DNA of 64,000 nt from an uncultured virus (IMG/VR IMGVR_UViG_3300031912_000006) (lineage: Duplodnaviria > Heunggongvirae > Uroviricota > Caudoviricetes), in IMG/VR virus record IMGVR_UViG_3300031912_000006. One strand, given 5' to 3'. The position numbers were made by a program, and so were the translations under genes. Under the pieces are notes generated by a model. It ran no database searches and was not told where the DNA came from. It saw nothing but the letters and a program-made list of their open reading frames with translations. Below, in pieces: positions 20,192-29,766 of this stretch; within the stretch, counting starts at the first letter, position 1; each line of letters starts with the position of its first letter.

Positions 20192-20553
20192 TAGCTCGTC
20201 ACCTGCCTGAGGTTGCCGTCCTTGTCGTAATCGACTTCCAGGAAGCTGTGGCCGCCGCGTGGCTGGGTGTCGTCAATCAACAGGTAATCCAACTGCTCGT
20301 CGCTGAACTCAGCAACAGGGATCATCTTGTTGTTGGCGACACTCCAAACATGGGTAGCGTCAGCCTTTTTGGTCTGTACGCCCAACGCTCGCCACTGGGG
20401 CGGCCTGATGATTCGATGCGATGCGTCGCCAACGTACTTGACGAATGGACCTTGCGGCAACGCCTTCGGTGCGCGCCTGCGAACATCACCAGGCGGCTTG
20501 ACCGGCATATTCGTGCCCGGTTCAACTTCGGTGGCGGGCTTTGCTTCAGCCAT
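20191..20553 (-). CDS. Hypothetical virion-associated protein
   Basis: 120-aa ORF in the neck module. Confidence 0.7.
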   Translation of the reverse strand: MAEAKPATEVEPGTNMPVKPPGDVRRRAPKALPQGPFVKYVGDASHRIIRPPQWRALGVQTKKADATHVWSVANNKMIPVAEFSDEQLDYLLIDDTQPRGGHSFLEVDYDKDGNLRQVTS

Positions 20554-20568
20554 TGTAGCAACCTTTCC

Positions 20569-20988
20569 TTATGTTGGTGTTAGATGGCTTATGACGCGGT
20601 AACTGGTTGAGCGGCAAAATGTTTGGTAGCCATCATCCTTGAGATCACGCGAACGTCCTTCTGCGTCAATCTGCGTAACCGTATAGCCATCAGCGCCGGC
20701 AGTGTCTTCTATGCTGCCAAGGACACTATCGAGAATATCAACCACGTTGTCCAAATGGTTGTAGTCCGTTGAGAAGTCACGGTACATGTGGGTCCAGATG
20801 GCAAGGTGGTGCGGACCGCGGCCTAGTCGTACATCAATGTCATGAGCTTCCCATCGCAACACCATGAACATCTTATCGCTTGGCCGCTGATTGCCGTCGT
20901 AGTTAGCGAGCACGTTGCTACTGTCGAAACCTAGTGCCTGCAAACGAGGTTCGGCAAGGATTGCATCCATAACAGCTGCGCGGCTCAT
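20569..20988 (-). CDS. Tail terminator-like protein
   Basis: 139 aa; position upstream of the major tail gene; SRDLKDDGY motif. Confidence 0.6.
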   Translation of the reverse strand: MSRAAVMDAILAEPRLQALGFDSSNVLANYDGNQRPSDKMFMVLRWEAHDIDVRLGRGPHHLAIWTHMYRDFSTDYNHLDNVVDILDSVLGSIEDTAGADGYTVTQIDAEGRSRDLKDDGYQTFCRSTSYRVISHLTPT

Positions 20989-21548
20989 GGCGTTCTCCGC
21001 GTCGTGTTCGTAGTCTGCGTTCTGGCCGTCCTAGCGGTCTGCTTAGTGTTGCGTTTCCCAGCCCTAGCTTCGCGCCCTGCGTATTGCGTGGCTCCCTGTG
21101 ACGTACCCTTCGGAACCACACCCGGCATATCGACGTCAACCTTAAGCTCAGGCGGCACATCGAATTTGCTGAACATGTCCTGAAGGGCTTTCATCAATTC
21201 CTGCGCAGTCGCAACGAGTACAGGCATGATGATTTGGAACTTGCCTAGATTGGCTACCTCCAGCCAAATGCCGTAGTCAACACCGTGAGCCATCGTAATC
21301 TTGTGTTGTGAGAAGCCAGTTGCACCACCTGTCATGGTTGCAGCACCCGAATGTTCAGCTACCGCAACCAATCCCGTGCGAGCGTTGCCCGTACGATCCG
21401 TCCATGGGGCTTTACGCTTCATCACATCCATACCACGGCCAGCAGCGAAGTCGGTTGTGAGAGTGAGCGTTTTGTTGATCTTAGGCGTCAACTCAGCTAC
21501 ATTCGCCTGTAGCTGAATCGTATCAAGCCTCATCTCAACTTGCGCCAC
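20985..21548 (-). CDS. Neck / HK97 gp10-like protein
   Basis: APWTDRTGNAR...HGVDYGIWLE motif. Confidence 0.75.
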   Translation of the reverse strand: MAQVEMRLDTIQLQANVAELTPKINKTLTLTTDFAAGRGMDVMKRKAPWTDRTGNARTGLVAVAEHSGAATMTGGATGFSQHKITMAHGVDYGIWLEVANLGKFQIIMPVLVATAQELMKALQDMFSKFDVPPELKVDVDMPGVVPKGTSQGATQYAGREARAGKRNTKQTARTARTQTTNTTRRTP

Positions 21549-21551
21549 TGA

Positions 21552-21941
21552 TCAACCTTCGTCCTTCAGTGCCTTGTTGAGCCGCTTGATTAGCTCTGCC
21601 TTGTTGCCGTCCGTAGGCAAATTGCGTTCACGAAGCTCCACCTTCAATTCCTCAACGGTGAGGTCTTCAGGAGCAACTTCTTCAACTTCTTCTTCGGCCA
21701 CTTCCGTTGTGCCGCTTGGGGTTACCTCAGGCACCCACCCAGGCGCAAAAGTAGGCTGCGCAGGTGGCTCCGGTACTTCCAGACCAGGTATCTCAACCTT
21801 CACAGGCAGCCCTTCGGCATGTACCTTGGCCTGACCAAACTTTCGCTCATTCTCCTCAATGTGGTAGTCAAGCGATCGTTCGTGGAGCCACCGCTTATCC
21901 TCATCCGACAGCGGCTTGTCAAAGTCGATTTCACGACTCAT
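21552..21941 (-). CDS. SAP-domain protein
   Basis: LTVEELKVELRERNLPTDGNKAELIKRL is a canonical SAP motif. Confidence 0.8.
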   Translation of the reverse strand: MSREIDFDKPLSDEDKRWLHERSLDYHIEENERKFGQAKVHAEGLPVKVEIPGLEVPEPPAQPTFAPGWVPEVTPSGTTEVAEEEVEEVAPEDLTVEELKVELRERNLPTDGNKAELIKRLNKALKDEG

Positions 21942-21949
21942 GTTGACTC

Positions 21950-23149
21950 CTAGCGGGTTTGCGTTGAGTCAGCCGTGTACGAAGCCGGTGGCGCGTAGCT
22001 CGCGTTGGCTGTGATCTGCAGGATAGCAGCACCAGTCCGTCGCCGGATACCAGTGCCGAAACCGTGGATGTAGTAGCCGTCAACGAGCGGGTAACGCTGC
22101 TGGTTACCCGGCAGCAACCTCAAACCCCGCCACTCCGGTGACGGATGTTCGCGGATACCAACGATGTTCTCGTCAACGTTGGCGCCGCCAGTTGAAAGGA
22201 ACATGCAGTAACCAGGATTCATCAATGGCTCTTCAATGACGATGACGTCCATGTAAGAACCGCTGACCCGCAAGCCGTTCCACACGGCAGGAGCCTGGCC
22301 ACCCAACAGACCTTCGGCGTTCGGCACGAGCAACGCGGGCTGGCCAAGAGCCGGCACGAAGTCGTAGTTGGCCGTCTTGCCGTTGGCGTTGGCCTGCCCA
22401 AATCGCCACTTACGCATCTGGTTTACCTCAGAGCGGTTGGCGAAGCAGACGATTTGCGTACCAGTGTCCCACCCATAACCGTGTTCGGTAAGGGTACCAA
22501 CAGTGGTTTCAAAGTCGTCTGAATCAATGCCTGCCGCACCAGAAGTGAGGTAGTGGTTGTGAGTACCGTCGAACGTGACACCCTTATAGGGCGGTGGCAC
22601 CCAACCATCTGCGTTGGCGAGCGGGTAAACGTTGTACGTCATGGCGTTGATGATGGTGGTACGGCTACGCTGATCGAACAGCGCTTCCATCACCTTGCGG
22701 AACACCAAGGCCTGGTCTGCCTGAATTGCCTTGGTATGAATGGCTTCTACTTGCTGAGCCGGTGCATCCCGCAAGAACTTCCAGGTGTAGCCAACTCCAA
22801 GGTCCCAGTCCTTGTAGGAGTAAGCCAGCTGGTAGTAGCTGATGTTGGTGTTCGCCTTGCGCGGGATGCCGAATTCAGTCGCCTCTTCAAAGTTGAAGTC
22901 GCCGATCTGTGGCACCAGTTCGATGTCGGAAACCACTGGGTAAGTGAGCAATCCGACCATGCCCTGTTTGTGCTCGTTGTAGATCGTGTTGGCGTCAATG
23001 AACTCACCCCAAAGTTGGTTGAGGTCAACGCCATCGATGGTATGAGTGAGGATATCACCCTCAGTCATGTAGCCGGAACGGTTACCGGCACCGCCCCAAA
23101 TGCGGAACTTCTCTGCCATGGTCATCCTTTCAATTTGCGCGAAGCTCAT
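21950..23149 (-). CDS. Major capsid protein
   Basis: 399 aa; follows scaffold and decoration genes; strongly C/G-ending codons. Confidence 0.85.
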   Translation of the reverse strand: MSFAQIERMTMAEKFRIWGGAGNRSGYMTEGDILTHTIDGVDLNQLWGEFIDANTIYNEHKQGMVGLLTYPVVSDIELVPQIGDFNFEEATEFGIPRKANTNISYYQLAYSYKDWDLGVGYTWKFLRDAPAQQVEAIHTKAIQADQALVFRKVMEALFDQRSRTTIINAMTYNVYPLANADGWVPPPYKGVTFDGTHNHYLTSGAAGIDSDDFETTVGTLTEHGYGWDTGTQIVCFANRSEVNQMRKWRFGQANANGKTANYDFVPALGQPALLVPNAEGLLGGQAPAVWNGLRVSGSYMDVIVIEEPLMNPGYCMFLSTGGANVDENIVGIREHPSPEWRGLRLLPGNQQRYPLVDGYYIHGFGTGIRRRTGAAILQITANASYAPPASYTADSTQTR

Positions 23150-23163
23150 TGGCTTTGAGGCGA

Positions 23164-23580
23164 TTAGGTTGTGTTGACGTTCACTTGAAGACGGTCGGGT
23201 TCAACCGTAGTCCCAACGTATACACCACCAGCGGCAGTCGTTGAGACGATGCCGGTGGCTGGATCGGCGTAATACTTAGTTCCTGCCACGCCGAAGTCAG
23301 TACCCGGAACCAAGCCGGCACTAGAAGGGCCGAAGTCGGTAACGCAGCCCTGCTGCATGACATCCACAGATGAAATCTGCTTCTGCGGGCCGACAACGCC
23401 TGGCTTGGACGTTACGACGAGTACGCCGACAACCCCAGAGTTACCGCCACCTTTGACCACTTTGCCCGTGGTGTCGAGGCCAACGCCAAAAATTTTGCCC
23501 AGGTCAGCATCCAAATAATCGGCTGCGACGTGGGCACGGAAACCGTTAGCGATTGGGTCAAACTTATCGTAACGAGCCAT
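23164..23580 (-). CDS. Capsid decoration/cement protein
   Basis: 138-aa Gly/Val-rich beta protein between scaffold and capsid. Confidence 0.7.
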   Translation of the reverse strand: MARYDKFDPIANGFRAHVAADYLDADLGKIFGVGLDTTGKVVKGGGNSGVVGVLVVTSKPGVVGPQKQISSVDVMQQGCVTDFGPSSAGLVPGTDFGVAGTKYYADPATGIVSTTAAGGVYVGTTVEPDRLQVNVNTT

Positions 23581-23603
23581 CTTTGCTGTTTTCCTTTCTG
23601 GGA

Positions 23604-24305
23604 TTACCGCTGACTAGCGAGAGCGCCTGGACCAAAACCGGGCAACTTGTACTTGGCGCCTAGCTTTTGACGATCCGTTTCGCGCTGACGTGTTGATCCG
23701 CCAACGGGATGACTGCCTGACGGTGGAGTCCCTGGAGGCGCGGAAGGTGGTGCGCCGCCTTCAGATTCGTGCGGCACCAACAGGTACTTCTTTTCACTGG
23801 CGATGCGCTTCAACTCCAGGTCCAGGCCTTCGATCTCACCCGTGTCCATGTCGAGCCGAATGTTGTCCTTGTTCAGGAAGCTGCGAACCGCTTCCACGTC
23901 GTGCCAGTCGTACTTCTTGTTCTTCATGATGGCCGTGTCGATGTACGAAGTCTCAACGAACTCAAGCAATTTCTCGTACTTGGCCTTGTAGTCATCGCGC
24001 TCGGTTGCGGTGCGCTCTGCTTCCTCTTGTCCCTCTTGGTTTTTGGTCAGCAGGCTCTGTTCCGCTTTATCAGCGCGCTTCTTCTCTGCAATGCGTTGCT
24101 TCTTCTCGGAGTCGAGTTTGTCTTCAAGCTCTTTGAGACGCTTCGCACCATCATCGTCGCCATCCCCTGAATTACCATCTCCTTCAGGAGGTTTGCCAGT
24201 ATCACCAGATTCTCCCTGGTTTTGGCCGCCTTGGTTTTCTCCGTCACGTTCGCCTTCACCACCCCAGATCACGAAGTATTCGGCCTCAACTGGGCTCTGG
24301 GACAT
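23604..24305 (-). CDS. Capsid scaffolding protein (start re-called at MSQSPV)
   Basis: AAGGAG SD before ATG 24305; acidic, coiled-coil protein. Confidence 0.8.
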   Translation of the reverse strand: MSQSPVEAEYFVIWGGEGERDGENQGGQNQGESGDTGKPPEGDGNSGDGDDDGAKRLKELEDKLDSEKKQRIAEKKRADKAEQSLLTKNQEGQEEAERTATERDDYKAKYEKLLEFVETSYIDTAIMKNKKYDWHDVEAVRSFLNKDNIRLDMDTGEIEGLDLELKRIASEKKYLLVPHESEGGAPPSAPPGTPPSGSHPVGGSTRQRETDRQKLGAKYKLPGFGPGALASQR

Positions 24306-24372
24306 CTTGGTCTCCTTACGGATTAGACAGATCAAGTGGAGCGTACCTCGCAGCGGGATAGCTTCGCTGAAG

Positions 24373-25281
24373 TTATGCGGCGGGCATACCGTACTTCTTT
24401 TCAAAGTAGTCATCGAACTGGCCGGACTCAAGTGCATCTGTAAAGTCACCCCATGCCATCTCTTTGCGTGTCAGGTAACACATACATTGTGGATGCGGCT
24501 TCGACGGCACAGCGTCTTTCGGGAAATACTTTTGCTCAGCGTATGTTTCACAGAGGTCACCTGGATCAGGCTTGTGTACCTTGCTAAGGTGCCATTCCAT
24601 TTCCTCAACCCATGGATCCTCCTGAGCTTGGCCGATAGACATTGCATGGAAAGCGTTGTTAATCTCGCTACGACCCAGCCTCATGGCTGCATAGCTGACT
24701 CCCCCAGCTACGTTGGGGTTGATATCATTTCGCACCAGCTTGGCCAATTCCTTGGCGCTAGCACCACGTGCGAGAGCGCTGTTGATCTTCCGGTCAACCC
24801 GCCCAGCCTCCATGGAGCCGGTACGGTACACCTGCTGGCTGAGGGTTATCTTCGACTTGGTAAGCCGGGTAATCATCGCCTGGATGCCGTGCTGTGCTGA
24901 TTGAATGAAGCTGGCTTCCCACGCCTTTCGATCCTTCGCGGCTGGGAACAGCGCATCTAGCACCTTCGCATCCTGAGCCAGAGCAGCCTTCGCAGCTGCT
25001 TCGGCTGCGTCTTGCTGCCCCTGGTCGATGATTGGGACAAGGTCTTTGAACATTGATTGTATGATCGTGCGGATTTGGTCTTTAACCAGGTTGAATTGGT
25101 ATCGCTTGGTCCTGTCACCAATGTTGGTCCTTTGCCACTTATCGGCCTCCTGTCCTGCGTCAAATTGGGCCTGCTGCAGTACCTTTACGATCTTCTTGTC
25201 GTAAAGTTGTTGTACCGTCAGGTATTTGAGCAACCAGATGGATGCTCCGCTATCATCAGGCTGCGGTAACGGCGCTGTCAA
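24373..25281 (-). CDS. MuF-like minor head (head morphogenesis) protein
   Basis: RLGRSEINNAF...WHLS...C...HPQCMC motifs. Confidence 0.85.
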   Translation of the reverse strand: MTAPLPQPDDSGASIWLLKYLTVQQLYDKKIVKVLQQAQFDAGQEADKWQRTNIGDRTKRYQFNLVKDQIRTIIQSMFKDLVPIIDQGQQDAAEAAAKAALAQDAKVLDALFPAAKDRKAWEASFIQSAQHGIQAMITRLTKSKITLSQQVYRTGSMEAGRVDRKINSALARGASAKELAKLVRNDINPNVAGGVSYAAMRLGRSEINNAFHAMSIGQAQEDPWVEEMEWHLSKVHKPDPGDLCETYAEQKYFPKDAVPSKPHPQCMCYLTRKEMAWGDFTDALESGQFDDYFEKKYGMPAA

Positions 25282-25636
25282 CTAACTTCGCCTCATACTC
25301 GTATACACCTTTGGGAGTGACGATGATGTGATGGAAATTGAAGCCGCGTTCAGCGAGCAACCGGATACACGGCAGATCATCCCGCGACGGCACCTCAAGC
25401 CCACCAGGGTGCGTGTGCCAGATTGCCTTGATCGTTGGGTCGTGAAGATCAAACTCCATGTCGTACCCAAGCCTGTGATCGCCAGCAAAAGTGTTGGGAT
25501 GCTCAACGATAATGCCGTGCTCGTGGATCAAGCCGCAAGTCTCGTATGGGTACGCAGCAATTGCCATGTGCCGCAACGCGGTTTGAGCTTGTGCTGAAAT
25601 AGTGGGCGGGTGAACATGATTCAGACGAAGCTCCAT
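25256..25636 (-). CDS. JAB/MPN+ metalloprotease
   Basis: ETCG...WHTHPGGLEVPSRDD fits the JAMM motif E..HxHx7Sx2D. Confidence 0.85.
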   Translation of the reverse strand: MELRLNHVHPPTISAQAQTALRHMAIAAYPYETCGLIHEHGIIVEHPNTFAGDHRLGYDMEFDLHDPTIKAIWHTHPGGLEVPSRDDLPCIRLLAERGFNFHHIIVTPKGVYEYEAKLVDSAVTAA

Positions 25637-25645
25637 CTTGCGTCC

Positions 25646-25915
25646 TTAGTGCTTGGGACGTAACGGCACCCTTTGGAAACTGGCGCCCTTACGGTCTGGT
25701 AACGCCCGGTACACAGCGCTGCTAGCAGGCCCAAGCTCGTGGTGCTCGCCGGTAGCGTGTGCTTTACCTATAGCCCAACGACGCAGCTTTGGATTCGCAA
25801 AGAACAAGCGCTGCTGAGCTTTTGATGCGAACGGATGATGGCCGGCAGCTGGCTGGCCAGGGATTGTACCCGGTGGATAGTGGCGACCACCGCTGCCCTT
25901 ACGACGTAACCCCAT
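25646..25915 (-). CDS. Small basic protein (start at MGLRRK)
   Basis: Arg/Lys-rich; GAGGA SD upstream; follows the 25917 gene. Confidence 0.6.
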   Translation of the reverse strand: MGLRRKGSGGRHYPPGTIPGQPAAGHHPFASKAQQRLFFANPKLRRWAIGKAHATGEHHELGPASSAVYRALPDRKGASFQRVPLRPKH

Positions 25916-25916
25916 G

Positions 25917-26102
25917 CTATCCTCGCTTCCTGGCCCGTGCTGCTCGCTTGCGGCCTGTTGCGCTGAACTTGGCCATCTTCTTGGCGCCGTACTTCTTGCG
26001 CCCAACGTAGGCAGCTAGTGCAGGACTCATGCCGCCTTTGGTTAACTTCTTGAAACGCCCACCGCCACCAGGCTTCATGCGCGCCTTGCCTTTTGCGGCC
26101 AT
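25917..26102 (-). CDS. Small, very basic protein (MAAKGKARMK...)
   Basis: GGAGG SD; Lys/Arg/Gly-rich with no acidic residues. Confidence 0.65.
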   Translation of the reverse strand: MAAKGKARMKPGGGGRFKKLTKGGMSPALAAYVGRKKYGAKKMAKFSATGRKRAARARKRG

Positions 26103-26113
26103 TGTACCTCCTG

Positions 26114-27724
26114 TCACATAGTGCTGAAATCTAGTGTCTGCCCATTGTTTTGGAACGCATCTGGTGGCACCTGGCCACCTTGATCGCCAAACTGGTTCAT
26201 CTGATCAGCTATTGGGTTTGGTGGAGCAGCTGATTCGGCTATCTTCTTGGCATCTTCCAGAGCTTGGTTGAAGTCGGAATCGCTTAGGTCCCAACCAAAT
26301 AGCTCGTTGAGTCGGTCATACAGCCACTCGACAGGGAGTGTGCTCGGAGCCTGAACCCAGATGGATAGGTAATCCGCCAGCATCTGGGTGGTGTTCTTCG
26401 GCATAGGATCGCCGAAAACTGATTGTATATCAACACCATTGCGTGCTATGCCCTCGTAGACCTGTAGCCAATCCAGCAAGTCGTCTAGGAACTCATCTGC
26501 GACTTTGGTGATAGTCGGCATCTTCTCTGTGTTAGCCGCGATCAACGGGCCAAACTTAAGCGTCAGCGCTATACCAGATTCCACAGCTGCAACATCGACC
26601 ATACCAATAGCAACATCAGGCACGCCGAGAGCCTGTTGCATGTTTTCGTCCAGAAGGGAGATGTGCTCGTGGAACGGCGTAAGCGTGGAGACTCCAGAAA
26701 CCCTACCGAAATTAGCGCCAACCCCAACCTGAACAACAGCGCCTGGTCCAATTTCCCACTCCACCTCATTTCCGTTCTCGTCTATGGGCGGTGATGCGTC
26801 GGTCCAGTACACGCCCAAGCCTTGCGTGATGAGCGTAAGGTCTTCATCTGTGGCAGATTGGTTGATAGCGTTGATGATTGACTCAACGCCTGCCAATTCG
26901 CTCATGCCGAAAGTGCTACCGGGTGGCGGTCTGTTCGCCCAATGGTAAACGGGTATCTCTGTGATCAACGGGTCAAGCTCAAACTCAGGAGTTACCACTG
27001 AGATTTGATCTAGGTCAGGAGTGGCCACACGATCATCCCACATCCCAACCTTCCACAGCGAAAGCTCGGAAGTTATTCTGCCCGTTGGTGTTCCGCTGTC
27101 ATCAAAAGCGCGCTTATACGTCTGCCGGCGCACAATCCACTCGTCGCTGGCGGCTTTGGTCTGAGAACTGTTGCGCGGATTACGGATAACGTCAACGATG
27201 TGGCAGCCTATGCACTCACCTGTAGCAAAATCCTCAATTGGGAAGTAGTGTTCAGGCCGCAGCTCATCAACCCTCAAGCGCCGCCCAGCCTTCTCCCACG
27301 GAATTGCCCGAATATGAAGCAGCGCATCACCTTTGATGAGCATGTACCGCTTCATCTGGTTGAACTTCTGTACTACCTCTTGCCGCTTGAACAGAGATTG
27401 GAGCGCATCGTCCATAACCTGCGACGTTGCCTCGTCAGCGTCTGGATCAATCTGATAATCGAATTCAACTGCAAGGAAACGGTTTACAGCTTCGATACAC
27501 TTCTTGGCCGACGGCATGTAAATCTCGATGCAGTCGTCATCTTCGCCTCGCAGAACAACTTTGATGTGTTCTGGCCGGTTGTAGTAGAAGTCTTCAAACA
27601 TTTCATACGCTTTGATGCGTATGCGGTCGTCTATGTTGCTGAGGTTGCCGACGAGTCTGCTGAACCCGGTGTCATCGCGGATTTGGCTGATGACTGAGTC
27701 GTACTGTCTGGAATCAATCGGCAT
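26114..27724 (-). CDS. Portal protein
   Basis: 536 aa directly after terminase; FGMSEL and SGIAL motifs of SPP1-type portals. Confidence 0.9.
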   Translation of the reverse strand: MPIDSRQYDSVISQIRDDTGFSRLVGNLSNIDDRIRIKAYEMFEDFYYNRPEHIKVVLRGEDDDCIEIYMPSAKKCIEAVNRFLAVEFDYQIDPDADEATSQVMDDALQSLFKRQEVVQKFNQMKRYMLIKGDALLHIRAIPWEKAGRRLRVDELRPEHYFPIEDFATGECIGCHIVDVIRNPRNSSQTKAASDEWIVRRQTYKRAFDDSGTPTGRITSELSLWKVGMWDDRVATPDLDQISVVTPEFELDPLITEIPVYHWANRPPPGSTFGMSELAGVESIINAINQSATDEDLTLITQGLGVYWTDASPPIDENGNEVEWEIGPGAVVQVGVGANFGRVSGVSTLTPFHEHISLLDENMQQALGVPDVAIGMVDVAAVESGIALTLKFGPLIAANTEKMPTITKVADEFLDDLLDWLQVYEGIARNGVDIQSVFGDPMPKNTTQMLADYLSIWVQAPSTLPVEWLYDRLNELFGWDLSDSDFNQALEDAKKIAESAAPPNPIADQMNQFGDQGGQVPPDAFQNNGQTLDFSTM

Positions 27725-29381
27725 CTCTAAACTCCTTGTCGGTTATCGTACCGCCCTCTCGCCAAGTCGGATAACCACTCGCAGTAGGTCTCATGGCGCT
27801 CAATGGCTTTGGCTTTGCAACCCTGTCTCGTCGCTTGTTGCTAGCATGACGTCCCAGGTTAGCCTTTCGTATCCGTGTACCAGCGCTAGCGGTAAGAGAA
27901 TTTGGCCCGTAATAGCCAACCATAAAGCGTCCCAACGCTTCCGGTCCATGGTCATCCTTCTTCAGCGGTAACTCAAAGCGATCACGACTGGTCTCAGCAT
28001 CCTCTTTGCGCTCTGGATACCGATAGGCAAGCATGTCATTGCGCAAGCTCGTACAGCTGCGGTCTATCATCAGTCGCGGGCGCCACTTGTCATAGTTGCC
28101 CTCAGTCAAAGGTGTTGCACCGTAGTCGATTCGGCCAGCACGCAACGCTTGGCGAATCAAGTTGATGCGAATGTTGAGTTCACCACCAGTCCCGCCAGCC
28201 GCACTGACTTTCAAACGGTCGGAGAGTGTTCGACTGGACATCGGGTCTGCAGGATCAGGATAGAAAGTCCTGAGGTCGGGCGGGTTGAGAGGGACACCAT
28301 CTCTGGTGCGGCGCTTGATGATTTCATCTGCGAACTGTTCGGCTGTAAGGTTTGGCTGATATACTTCAGCAAGCACGTTGATCTCGCCCCACGGACCAAC
28401 TTGGATAAGCAACCAAACGTTAGGATTGGTAAAGCCGTAGTCAGTTGCACCAAAAGTGAGCCAATCTGGATTGTAGCTGAGCGTTCCAACATGGTATTCT
28501 TCGTCATAGTCCTTAAACACCTGTCCTACAAACTCGGTGAAGTCGGCCATGACCTCTTGCTTGAACAGAGGAATGGTCAATTCGTCTGCAAGAGCAAGGA
28601 TTTCAGAATCTATGAGCAAGTCGTTAGCAACCGCGATGCTGGCTGCGCTTCTGCCGGGGTGATCTTCCAGCTGATCTAGCAAGAACTTAACGTGGTCATC
28701 TCTCGTTGTCTCTGGATACACATACGGGTTACGCCACGCCGGCATCCGCCAGCTTGCCCAATCCAAATTGTATGGGTCCTGGCCAAATTCGTACTTGTCG
28801 TGGAAATGGTTCTTCCCTTCTGGTGTCGATGTGTGTAAGCTCCAGCCCTTGTAGTCGTTGAGCATGGGCCGGATGTATTTCATCCAGATGCTTGGCTTCG
28901 CTTTCGCGGCCTCCACCATCAGCACTCCGCAGAGTGCCTCACCGACGAGATTATCTGGGTACTTGGCACTTTGAGTGAGTATGAGGAACGCACCATTCCA
29001 GAGGCTAAGCACGCTTTGATCCTTACCATCAATGGAATGATGGCTACCCTTGTCGAACGGAATCTGGAGATACTTAGCGAGATGCCAAATAACACGGAAC
29101 TCCTTGTCTGCAGTGACGTATTCGTCGCCAACGATCCAAAACTCACGCCGCTTACCCTTTTTGAGCCAGTCATTGCTGACCGTACGTGTTGCGAACGCTT
29201 CGGGCAGCAGGACGTGCCCGCCTAGCTCCGACTTTCCTGTACGGCGTCCTGCGCACCAAACGCGGTGTCTCGCTTTACTCTCCAGAACCTGGCATTGCCC
29301 ATCATGCGGGTCCCACGCAACACGAGGGTTGCGGTAAATGTGCCAGTGGTCCATGACCAGCGGCCCATTAGAAAGACTCAC
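27714..29381 (-). CDS. terL: Terminase large subunit
   Basis: Walker A AGRRTGKS, STPEGKN, nuclease DYGF..P and DDHGPEA. Confidence 0.95.
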   Translation of the reverse strand: MSLSNGPLVMDHWHIYRNPRVAWDPHDGQCQVLESKARHRVWCAGRRTGKSELGGHVLLPEAFATRTVSNDWLKKGKRREFWIVGDEYVTADKEFRVIWHLAKYLQIPFDKGSHHSIDGKDQSVLSLWNGAFLILTQSAKYPDNLVGEALCGVLMVEAAKAKPSIWMKYIRPMLNDYKGWSLHTSTPEGKNHFHDKYEFGQDPYNLDWASWRMPAWRNPYVYPETTRDDHVKFLLDQLEDHPGRSAASIAVANDLLIDSEILALADELTIPLFKQEVMADFTEFVGQVFKDYDEEYHVGTLSYNPDWLTFGATDYGFTNPNVWLLIQVGPWGEINVLAEVYQPNLTAEQFADEIIKRRTRDGVPLNPPDLRTFYPDPADPMSSRTLSDRLKVSAAGGTGGELNIRINLIRQALRAGRIDYGATPLTEGNYDKWRPRLMIDRSCTSLRNDMLAYRYPERKEDAETSRDRFELPLKKDDHGPEALGRFMVGYYGPNSLTASAGTRIRKANLGRHASNKRRDRVAKPKPLSAMRPTASGYPTWREGGTITDKEFRDAD

Positions 29382-29766
29382 CGGGCACTCCTGCGCTCTT
29401 CAAGTTGCCTGTTTCTTCTTGTGTCCCAAAGTATTCCGATTTGATCTGATCATACGCAGTCAGCGGGTCTGTGCGATGGTGCTTGTACTCGCGTAGCTCC
29501 AAGGCTATCTTCGTCTGGTAGCTGATGTTGCCATCTGGCAGCGGTATGAGCCCAATGTTCTGTGTATCAGGGTTAATCCACAACCGGCCAATCGGAAAGT
29601 CATCTGTCTCAGTCAAATACAGGTCAATCCAGTTGCCTTCGCCTGTTCTGTCGCTTGGGAAGTCGGGCCAATCGTATGCCTGCTCCAGTTCTGGGTCGCT
29701 TTCGCTGAACTGATCCCAAGCTGCGGTCAGCCAATTCGGTGTAATAGGTTGAAATGTCGTCATCAC
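29368..29766 (-). CDS. Small acidic protein coupled to the kinase-ART gene
   Basis: 132 aa; start overlaps the upstream stop codon. Confidence 0.7.
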   Translation of the reverse strand: MMTTFQPITPNWLTAAWDQFSESDPELEQAYDWPDFPSDRTGEGNWIDLYLTETDDFPIGRLWINPDTQNIGLIPLPDGNISYQTKIALELREYKHHRTDPLTAYDQIKSEYFGTQEETGNLKSAGVPGESF

